This document shows, in pieces, positions 27,801 to 39,800 of a DNA stretch of 64,000 nt. Made by a program: the position numbers and the translations under genes. The notes below the pieces were generated by a model. That model made no database searches. It was given only the letters and a program-made list of their open reading frames with translations, and was not told the origin of the DNA. Numbering within the stretch: the first letter of the stretch is position 1; every line of letters begins with the position of its first letter. Source of the stretch: Octopus bimaculoides (taxonomy: Eukaryota); the NCBI RefSeq assembly GCF_001194135.2, contig NC_068981.1, forward strand, positions 52,732,467 through 52,796,466. Direction: 5' to 3'.

Positions 27801-30800
27801 AGTTAGTTGATAAAATTGACCTCAGTACTTAACAGGTACTTCATCAAATCTGGAGGGATGAAAAAGCAATGTTGAACTTGGAATTAAAAGAGCTTGAACA
27901 AATACAACCAAGTATTTTGTCTGCTGCTCAAACAATATGTACTTACGCACAAACACACACACACTCACTCTCTCTCTCTCTCTCTCAAAATCCACTTATC
28001 CAAATAATTTATTTGATTAATCAAAATATATAAAAAAACCAACAGCTTACAACTAATATACAGGAACAGATTGAGCAGTCTTAATCCATTTGTATGTTGA
28101 AACATTATGCATGCACAGTGGGTGCTATCAAAAGCTAGGACAACAACAGCATCTTACGACGAAGGGGCAATTGTCAGCATGTTTAATTCTTAAACTTTAA
28201 TACTTCAGGGACTGGTTGATAGCATTTTGAAAAATGCTATCTACCTTTCATTCTGATCTACTATATTTGAAATGTAGGTTGAACAAAATCATATTAATAA
28301 CTTGAGACTAAGGATGAAAAAAATACCCTAAAACATTGTTGCTCTTAGTTTAATGACCAAGAAATAAAGTATCCCACTTAACAGACAGGATCCATCTTTA
28401 ATGTTTTCATCAAAACTACAATATTAAATGTCATTGGTATAATTCTATTTCCTCTTCTTGGAACATATCACAACTGATAATTGATTTTATAATTACAAGT
28501 AAAAACACAAAGTAACAAGATGTGTATTTCATGAGACAAATACACAGAAAATGAGATATCAGAAATATATTTGAATCCCTGAGGAATACCAAATTTAAAT
28601 TTGGCTGTCAGCTGCAATGGAAGTGTATGCTATAAGGGATGTTGGGTTATAGTTGCACTACTTACCAGGTACATATACAGTGATTAATGATAAAATAGCA
28701 CCATGATCAATTAAACAATTTTATATAGAAATTTGTAAAAAAATAAAGGGCTAATGGCTGCATAGGTTTTGCCCAAAACTCACCTTTTTCTTTGAAGGAG
28801 CTTTTGTAGGTAGAGAGGATTCTAGAATTAAATTGGGTGCAGGAACAGTAGGTAGTACAGTATTTATTAATGTATCTATCTCTACTGGTGCTGGAAGTTG
28901 TCCATAATTGGCAACATTTGTAGAAGTATCCATTTCCACTTCATTGCGAATAGAATTTTCTTTTTCTGTAACAGATATTCTAACACTAGTACACAAATCA
29001 GATTGTAGGTGTGTTGCACATGAAGTGTTCTGGTGGTGAGTTTCTCTGATTTTAGAGTCTATACTCTCACCAACACTAACTACATCACTGGCTTGATTTC
29101 TGCCATCTTTACCCGCTTGTGGGGAAAATTGACAAGAGTCTCGTCGAACAGGCAGCACACTGCATTCGGACTTGGGTACCTCTTTTTCTAATGAAAAATG
29201 TATATTTGTTCCACTATCACATGTTGGGGTTTCAGCATGATCAACAGAATTTTCAAGTACATGTTTTTGTGAGTATTCAGAAGATTTTACCTCATTAATA
29301 CTAGAAATTTTATCATCACAGGTCTCTTGAATTTTTTCCTTTTTAATTTCAAAGGGATGAATGTCTGATGAATTCTCTTTTTGTTTTTTAAATACATTAG
29401 AAAAGTTTGTGAAAACAGGTTGGACAGCAAGAGAGTTAGATGCCATTGCTTCTGAATGCTTTATTTCTCCTTCAACATGATCCTTTAAAGAATCATGAAA
29501 TAATGTAGTCCATGTAGAATTTTCTGAAAGAGGTTTAGTATTTGTAAGCTCTTTTGTTTCACATGCAATTTCTTCTTTTATAGAATTTTGTTCAAAATGG
29601 TTGGCACTATCAAGAGTGTCTGGGTTTTGATGTTCTGTAGTTTCACTTGCATCCAGTGTTTCGTCATCTTCACATTCAGATTTTACATGATCAGCAGTCA
29701 TTGATTGTAGAGTTGTTACTTGTGACAAAAGATTTGTTCTAGAATTACAAGATGATACATCAACTGCACTGCATTGTTCTGCAGCAGCAGCTAAACTCTC
29801 CAATCCTTCAGGCCCACTTGTCTCTTCACTGTCAGATATTCCTCGAGTAGAATCACTGTAAGGTGGTGGTTGGGATTCACATGTATCACTTTCTATTAAG
29901 TCCCTGAGTTCTGATCCCATTCCAGAATAGTTAGCTTCAGCTGAGATCAATTTGTATTTCTGGAAAGACGATAAAGTAAAGTAAAAAAAATTATCAATGA
30001 AAAAAATAATTCTTAAATGTTCTACTGTTAAAATATAATGTAATTATATTTAGAAACTTACAAAATGTTAATTAAATATGTAATGCTTGACATCATTGTT
30101 TTACATACCCTTTCCATGTTGGTATGGATTGACCACTTGGTCCAGTAAATAAATGTTGGGATGTGTACATTATTTACATTTGACAGATATTTGTCCTCAT
30201 CTTGTTGTTAACAATGTTTCAGCTGATGTACTCTTTAGCCTTCATCAGGTGTCCTGGGGGAATTCCTAAGGTATTTTTCCAATATTATTATTATTGAGGT
30301 CACTGCTTGGAATTGATCTCGGAATTTTGGTGTTAGTAGCCAGTGCTCTTAACTACTACGCCATATGGCGTAGTGGTTAAGAGCGTGGGTTACTAACCCC
30401 AAGATTCCGAGTTCGATTCCATGTAGTGACCTAAATAATATCGGAAAAATACCTTAGGATAAGAACCCAGGTTCGAAATTCCCCCAGGACACCTGAAATA
30501 CCCGTCAAATGTAAATAATGTACATAATTTCTCATCTTTCAAATATAGAACTATTGGAATGTGTGTTAACATTTAAATAATTACCTCTAAATGCAGATCT
30601 TCTGGTGGTGATTTTAATTGATGACTTGACTTAATATCAGAATCTTCAAAGCTTATTGAGTGAGCAGATGTCGACGGTACATCGAGGTTAGATGTCTGTG
30701 ATGGTGAGGATGTGGACGGAGTAGACATGAGTGGCTGATCTGATGACAGAGACTCTCTAGCTAACCTTCGTTTCTTCAGTGGAGTGACAAAATCTGCAGT

Positions 30801-33800
30801 ACAAAGTTGATTTTTGTGTTGTCAACAAACAGGTAAAAATCAGAAATATTTTATTGCTTTGTTTATATTTTTTGTTAATTAGAATAAAGGTATTTTACCT
30901 GCTTGAGGAGAAGCTCCAGGACTTGGCATGGAGGCAACAGCATTTGGACTTGCCACATCACAGACTACAGAATTGATGGGTTGAGGGGAGTCCTTGCCAC
31001 TGTCCATGCCAGTAGGACCAGTCTCATGCATAGCTTGACGAAGCCAACGCTAAAAAAATGAAAACAAAAAATGTCAATTTAATTTTTAGGTTCCCATGTT
31101 CACACATACTCAAGAAAATTAAAACCTTTATTTTCTCCAAACAAATAGCATTAATTTTACAGGTAAATCAAGAACTGCTAATAAAGAGTTAGATGTTGAG
31201 TAAGATTTGTCTTTACTTTGATCAATACTGAAGCAATCAACTCAACTTATTTATTTTAATCACTTTTGCTTTGAGTTGACACACACTCCTTGTACAATAA
31301 AATCATGAGGCAGTATTTTAGTAAAAACTTCACCCCATCATTATTAATTACATTTGCTTACTTTTTTAGCAGATCCAACACTTGAGTCCATTTTACCAGA
31401 AACTGAAATGTGACTCATTCTCCGATGAAGATGCTCCAATGAGCTACGTGGACTATGGAAGCAAGTAACAAATGCAGTTTCTTCTATGTTGACCTCCAAT
31501 GGTTCTGTTTTGGTAGCTGGTAATACTGTTTTCGTATCTTTGCCTTCTAGCCATTCACTCATCTAAATAAAATAAATAAATGAATAATAAAATCTATGTT
31601 TGGAAAAGTTTATTTAAAATTTCTTACTTAAATACATAACTGAATAAAGGAACACAAAAATGTTTGGAAAATATTTGGTGTCAAATTTTCATTTTATAAA
31701 ATTAAATCATAAAAATAACATACTTTCTTGGTTTTGAACTTGAAACTTGATGGCGTATTTGAAATGTCATTTTGTTGATTTATATTTTGTGGAGCAGACT
31801 GTGGTGGTGGTTGAACTGGAGGAGTTTGTGAAAGGCTTGATGAAAGTGAAGTAGTTGGTGTTATAGTAGTTACAGTAGTAGGTGCCGTCACAGTTACTGG
31901 CTGTGGGCTAGAAATTTGTCCAGCAAGGGTAACTACCAGAGAAGGGGCTACTGCCAGTGGAGATGAAAGAGCTGTTGTTTGATTGCTACCCATATTGCTA
32001 TTTTCATCTTGAGACAATGCTGCTTCAGAACAACTGCCGCCACTGTTCACTCGGCTGCGTCTAAAGAAGAGACAAAATCCAGAGATAATTTTCATACTTT
32101 CATATAAAACCCAGAATGTAGACACTAATACTGCTAAATAAAAAATTTGAAGTTGGAGTAATAACAATGAGTGGTTAACAAAAATACAAATATTCATGTT
32201 TTTATCTTTTATGCCAAATACATTTATGCCATTTTATATATAATTAAAGTTTAAAAAAAAAAAATACCTTCTTGTTGATATAGGATGTGCTTTCTTCTTT
32301 TTCCTGAAAAAAATGAAAATATAACATATGACAACTTTTGCAACAGCAAATCCAAATACAAGTAATTGAAATTACACAAAGAACAAAAGTAAATGTAACA
32401 AATTAAAATTGAAGAGTCTACTTTATACGAAGCTTACTTTGTACTTGGGGGTTTAGATAGTGTAGAAATATCAGGTTTAGTATCTTTTAATTCTACTTTT
32501 TCCTCATCCTCCGGTGACTCCTGTAAATGTAAAACAAAAATACTAAAGAGGGCTAATTTCATGTTTAGATGAATTGCTAAAATGTAATCATTTGCCATTT
32601 ATTGGTTTTATTTGTACATAAGACAGGTGTACTATTAAGGAAAAATAGAATGAAATACTGGAATCTGTCATTGAAGAAATCTAGGAAACAACATGCCATC
32701 AACTAAATTAAATAAACTCACTTGCATACAGAAACACACACTAATGATTCATGATACAAATTAAACAAGATTTGTCACACATCTTCCAGATAAATTTATC
32801 CATAGTGAAACATTACAATTAAAATATGGGAAAAAAAAATTTCCAAAATTTCACAACAGTCAGATTTGTAAAATAATGTTGGACAATGTAACTCAATTGT
32901 TTACACAGTGAAATCAATGTTTCTGCGAATGTACTAATGCGGTCTGCACTGAAATTCTCATTTAAATAAGACTATCTAGCTGTCTTCAGGTGAATTGGTA
33001 ACGTTCTCAGTCAGTTATGACCACCTTGGTATTGAAAGGGTTAAATAGTACTAAAATGCAAATGCAAAATATTGAAGTGGTGCTTCATCACTATTACTGG
33101 AACTAGGATCTTAAAAACTAGTACGCTTCTTTTAAATCTCTTGAAAATTTAATAAAATACACTGTAGATATTCTATGAACAACAAAAGCTAAATGCAATT
33201 CCAACATACTCTTTTCTTCTCTTCTTGACTTTTCCGAGCATTTTCAAGTCTAGCCAATGCTTCTTTTCTTCTTTCTTCTCGTTTTTCCAGCTTTTCAAAT
33301 GCTTTAACAATTGCTTCCATTTTCCTCTCTTCTCTTGTCTATATAAAAATTATTTGAAATTTTAACAAAAGGATGAAACTGAATAATAATGTTAATACAT
33401 TTCTATTTCTAGTTCTTCATTCATAGGTATTACTTGGAATCCTTTAGGCAATACAGTTACCGTGATCTTATGAATGATGATGATAGGCTGAAAAGCTTCC
33501 AACTGAATCACTAGTATATTGAGACAGAGACTTCAGTAGCCAAAATTCTCAACAAAAATAACCTGCATCTAAGGATGCACTATGATAAATCTAATACTGG
33601 CTATTTACAGAAATATAGCAATACATTCAAGAAAACTAGTTACCATGAATTTGCACATATATTGTTTATCTTGCTGAAGTGTCTCCTTCTTTGATGGCAA
33701 TGTAAGTTAAAAGATTTTTGTAATATTTTCATAAAAACATTTAGATTTCTATCTAATGAGAACCAATAACACATTCCAAGTTATCTATATCTACCATATT

Positions 33801-36800
33801 TATAATACAAAAGTATTCAGTTACTTATGTAAAAAAGTGACTTACCATTTTTCGAGGAGGCTCTAAATTATCATCAATAGTTGGAGATATTTCACCTTCC
33901 ACATGGGTGGGTAGTGGTGGAGCAGCAACAGCGGCATCAACAGCAGCTGCTGCAGCCGCAGCTGCTTCTGCTTCTGTTGGGGTTGGTGGAGGAGGCAATT
34001 GTAACATAGGAGCATCACTATTGCTATTGTTAGATACTGCAATAGCTGCCATAGCAGCATTGGGGGCTGTGGCCACTGCTGCCAAATCCTCAAGAGTGCA
34101 TGCTGATTTAGCTGGCATAGTGAGTGGCATAGGAGCAGATGGAATTGGAGGAAGAGAAATAGAAGAGACTGAGCAATTATTTGGAGATGCTTGAATAGAA
34201 AGTTCAGAAGAAACAATAGAAACTGGTAAAGAAATAGTTGGGGATAAAGAGGTACCTGTGGTATTAGCATGAGTATAAACCGAGGATCGAGAAGCTGGCT
34301 GAGAAGTTTGAGAAGAAGGATATAATTTTACCATAGATGTAGGAATAGAGGGAGAAGAAGGGATAGTTTTATAGATGACATTCGCATTGGAAGAGCGTGG
34401 AGGCTAGAATAAAAAGAAAAAATATATGTCTCATAAAAATCATTAAAAAAAAAGTAAAATTTAGAATAAATTACACTTTTTGGCACTTTTTCATAATTAC
34501 CTTACATCACATGTAATTTTTTTTGTTGGCTCTTTTGATACAATTAAATAAAGACTATATATATAGAACAATGCTTTTTCCAACCTGTATTTCCGTGAGA
34601 TGTCATTTAGAGTTACTCAAGAAATAGATACATTAGTTATATGCAAATAGTTTTTTTTAGTAATTTAGTTGTATTCTGTATTTGTAATTTTCTTATATAT
34701 GAACGGCATATTCCCTAAGACAGGGAATCCTGCTATCTGTAGGTAATAAAGTGACCATACAGAAAAATAACCTCTTGACAGAACTGAAGGGCAATTTAGT
34801 TTAAACATCATGACGTTTGATAGATTTAGCACTACTAAGTATTTCAGAGATAGTTTTGTGATGTTTTATATAATGGTTGATGAAAGAGAATCATTGCCGG
34901 AGAGTTATTGCTATTGCTTATTGACTACATCTCTTAATACCCAACCAAATTTTTTCATTGGTCTTCCTTGCTTACTGATGACTAAAGTGGCCGATTTGTA
35001 ACAAGAGTATTTGCAAATATCAAATTACAATTTATAGAGAATTCAATTGGAAACTATGGACAGACCTTACAAAAGAAGTTTAAAAAAAAAATGGATTGCT
35101 GTTTTCCAATCTAATATGTGATACACATGGTTGTGAATTGAGGCAAAATACTAGGGGTAGCAGATGTTGGTGATAAAAATTGCAAAAATGTCAAAAAAGA
35201 AATATTCATCAGAAAGAATACATGCTTTGAGAGCAGTAACTGAAACTGGAAGAAACTAGTATTCATATGAATTTGCATTGTGTAAAAACTTGAAACATGA
35301 CTGCAGAATAGCATAAGAAGTTATGTTAAGAGTGAAATTATATACGTGATAAATGACTGAGCAGTTCCTTGCTAATTCAGGAAGATTTGGAGGAATTAAT
35401 AAAACTACAAAGGAAGCTTTCTTTATTTCTCTTGACTAAAAGGGATGCAAACACATTACAGCTAGATTACATACAGGATTTCATATTATTATGAACAACA
35501 GTAATAAGTGATGTGCAGTGTGCTTAAAATATTCTTAACATGACAAGGTATAATCATTTACATTAGAATATTCAATTTGTAAATCCTATTACCAAGGCCA
35601 TATTGCATTGAAAAACCTGTTGAACCAGGCAAAAATGCAAAACAGCAGAATGTGGAATGCATAGTGGTTTAAGACATTCGGTTGAATTTATATAGCATAT
35701 AAATGAAATTTGGTTATGATCTACTAGAAAATGTTATATCACAAATACGGTTATTATATCCTATGTAAAAAGAGAAGAGAAGAAAAAATGTTTTGACACT
35801 GGTTTTCTTATTATGTATATTATTAAGTGTATCAGATACACTTTATTTAAAACGTTTTTTCTCAAGTTATTTTTTCCATACTTTTATTTCAATTTGAAAT
35901 GGAAGTTAATGAAGTGCCTTACAATTAAACATGTTAAGTTCATTTATCTATTCTTATCATCTGCTTTCATCATTTCTTTAACTATGAATACATTCCAAAT
36001 CAACCTCATAACATCTTTTCTTCAAGAACATAATTCATTCATACCATGTGTCCATATCAGCATAGTTATTTCTCCTGCATAGATTGGAAGATGACTTTAA
36101 TGTTCATTTGTGCTCCACTTTTCATGCAAGTGAGCATCACACACAACACATTTTACTCCAGGAAATGCAGATTCAACACTAATGTATTGTCATGTATCTG
36201 CCAGTTTTTTTTTGTTTGAGACAGAACCTAAAATTTCTTTACACCTCATTGTTAGTTTAGCAACTATGTTTCCACTATAGTCACTCCAACACAATTTAAC
36301 CCACCAAAATCTCAAAAGTTCTCCACTATTTCTGTACATTTATTACATCTGAAGTCTTTATTAATCTGTCAAGAGATCCCACTGCAACTTTCATGTACCT
36401 AGTACTTGCTCAGAGTATAATACTTTGAATTTTTATTGTCTCACTATACACTAAGTAAAGCCACTTCCCAGATGTTATAATTATTTTGTCCCCTGTTACT
36501 AATTTTAAATGGTGATCAAATGTTTTACTTTGTTGATTTTCAGGTCTTTGAACTTGAATTTTATAATCTATTCTCCAAAGTTTAGAATGGTTCCTGTTGT
36601 TCTTGAAAATGTGTCCACTGAGAACAAAGCCAACAACATGTTAAAATTATCAAGCAAATCTATTTCTGAACTTTAACACTATTTGCCTAAAAGCTATAAT
36701 TGAATAGTAAGAGGATGAGCACAGAGTCTTTCTATGCAACTACAAACCCTTGGGAGTGGATCTAGTAGACAGAAACGTAAAAAGCCTGTTATAAGCATGT

Positions 36801-39800
36801 CTCCTTGTCATGACACTGCGCAATAGTTGTAAATGGGTGTAACTTATGTAACAGTGTCCTTCATTACCAATCCTCTCTGAAAACAAGCCTGGTTATGGGA
36901 GAATATTACTTTGTAAACAGGTGAAGGTTGGTAAGAGGATGAACAACTGGATTTAGAAAATCTTCCTTAATGCACCCTATCTGACCCATGCAAGCATGGA
37001 AAAGTGGACATTAAGACAATGGTGATGACATGTATATTAGATTCTTCATGAAACTCATTGCTAATCCCGACTTTGCTTACATGACTCTTGCGAACCATTC
37101 AACTACACTCAATTTTCTCAGTACTCCTTAGAATACAATTGTACAAATGAACTTTTGTATGAAAACACATTTTAAGTTTTTTGTATATCTAATTTTCCAT
37201 CATTCAGATAACAAATTTTAGATGATTTCCCTAACTGCTAAATACACAAATATGAAATATGGTATCTAGTTGAATAGTGTACTTTTAAAAGAAAATGACA
37301 GAATAATTAATAAATGAAACAATTCATGAAACTATTATATCACTGGTCACACATATACACCTTAAGCACATAGTGCTATCCATATTTAAATATCTATAGG
37401 TGTATACACATGTACAGGACTACACATACACAAAGCTATATAATTGGTATCATTATGCAATAACCAAATTTACAACCTTACCTTCATCTCCAATGGAATA
37501 GCCAAAGGTTGTGCTTCAGCAGCGGCAGCTACGGCCATTGCAGCAGCAACAGCAGCTGCTTTAGTATCTGCATCAGTAGGATCATTATTAATAGTACTAG
37601 AGATGATACTGGGCATCACTCCAATGCAAGCAGAATCAGATACACTATCCAACATATTTTCAGGAATAGATTTGTTTTTTATTTTTCGCCGATTTCTGAA
37701 ATTATATCAAGTAAAAAGCAAAGTAATTAAATGTGAAGAAAAATATTTTCCCAATCACAAAAACATAACAAGTCAATGAAAGTTTACCTATTAATGTTAA
37801 TCTTTTTAGTTTTTGGTTTACTGAGAGGACAATTAATTCTTGAGCAAGCACATTCCGTGTGAAGAACACTGGAAATAAATAAATGAGAATTAATAAATTT
37901 TAGTTCAAAAATCGAGGAAAATATTGCATACTTAATTTGTATTTTAAGTTAAAAAAAAACATTAAGTATGTGATACTGCAACAAAAGTAAATACAAAGTA
38001 GAAGTTTACAATTATAGATATGTCTTTTATTAGATTTGACAAAGACTGGAATAGAAATATTGGTCAGTCTACTCATAACTGTAAGACACTGATTAAAAAC
38101 AAAATCAAGCAGTAACTTCCTACAAATTACTTGTTAAATTAATTTTTACTCAATAATTTATGAAGCATAAAAAAGATATTTTCAACTAAAAACTGTTTAG
38201 TAAATTAAAAAATGGCCTAATAATTGCTTGAAATCAAGAGTTTAAAGAAAATCTTCATGCTAAGTAACATGAACACTATAGACTAAGCATTCAAAATAAC
38301 ACACAATGAAGTTCATAAAAATATAACCTATCAATTTGGCAAAAGAATAAGTACTGGGGTTGATTTGTTTGATTAAACACTTCAAGGCAGTGCCCCAGCA
38401 TAATGACTGAAGCAAATAATAGATAAAAGACTAAACTCACCCATCTTCCCGGGTAAAATCAAATGGTATTGTTATTTCAGCACCTTTCGATATCACTTTA
38501 GTAGAGTAGATTAAGAAACGAATGAAACCGTGATGTAGTAAATGCCGCATCTGAAACAAAGAAGGATGATCCTTTAGAATGATTGGAGGGGAGGAGGGGT
38601 CGAAACAGAACACTTATTTTTTCATTTCCAGGAAGTCCATTCTCAATAGTTGTCATAAGTATAAAGATCTAACTGAATTTTCACCTCATCAGATCTTCAA
38701 TTGTCCTATACCAAAACTTTAACAAGCTATTAATAATAAAAGTGATTCAGGCTATCAGTAACTTACAAATTTAATAATTTTAATGTAAAACATTAATAAT
38801 GTTGGTAAAATTAATATAAAGAACAATTAGTATGGTTTCTCAAATGATACATATTTTCATAATCTACAACTTTAAAAAAAAATGATAAAGAACAAGAACT
38901 TATGTTTACATGAAAACACCATGTATGTTGATACATGCATGGAAAAAAGAAAAAAAACTCTACATTAACATTTTTATCCACAAAAACAAAAAGATTATGA
39001 AATATTTCTATAGCAGAGTTTTCATCCCACTGAACATTAAGACTGAATATCGATGTAAAAGTAAGTTTGGAAAGTGTATATTATATATTCATTGATAGTA
39101 TACATTGAAGATAAGATGTTGGAAAACTCTCAAACAGGTTGTGAGTACAAGTCCACTGCTAGCGTTTTGTTGCATCTTTGGAAAAGAACTCTGTTGTGAC
39201 ATGGTCACCTGGCTGTCAAGGTATATGAATCTAATAAGTGTTCACCAAATCTTGGTTTACCATGCTTTGAATATGGACTGTTTCTTATTACAGGCAGTAT
39301 GTGATGGTTGGTGTGCAGCAGCCCAACCCACAATAAACACCTCTTACACAAGTATTTTCCACCATCTGAATATATCTTTCATTGCTCTGAGGAATTTTAA
39401 CCAAAAGTTGGTACATTGGATTTGTTTAAACTGACAGAGTGAAAAATGACATAAAAAAGCAAACATGAAAGAGTGTTACACATAAACACAAAGGATAGAA
39501 GAGTTAAAATAATTTAGGATAAGGTGATAGAACATCCAGTTTTGGCTTAAAATTTGAAGTAGCAAATATTTAGAAAAAGTAATGAAGCAAAAATTAATAA
39601 GAAATATACATACCTCTGCATTTGGACTGCATGATCGTCGTATATATCTTGAGACATTACCCAAAGTACTTGCATCTATGAACAATTCTGCTCCTTCTAA
39701 TTTGGAGTATACTAATGTGAATGGCTTCAATCTGAAATTTAAAAATATTGAATTCAAGCAAAAAAATTAAAATTAGATATAATAATAATAAAAAACATTA

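Noticed and set aside
13935-28783. Missing KMT2E coding exons in the two intronic gaps
   Set aside because: Exon 23 (phase 0) joins exon 24 to rebuild the conserved [12 protein letters not shown], so no extra exon is required. Optional exons cannot be excluded.
30365-30435. tRNA gene (ACT anticodon-like loop)
   Set aside because: There is no paired acceptor stem, and the unit continues into a repeat body duplicated in inverted form. It is a SINE head.
33644-33688. 45-nt in-frame cassette ([15 protein letters not shown]) with GTAACT donor
   Set aside because: The AAG acceptor is poor with little polypyrimidine tract, and inclusion would split the conserved RKM-TREE junction.
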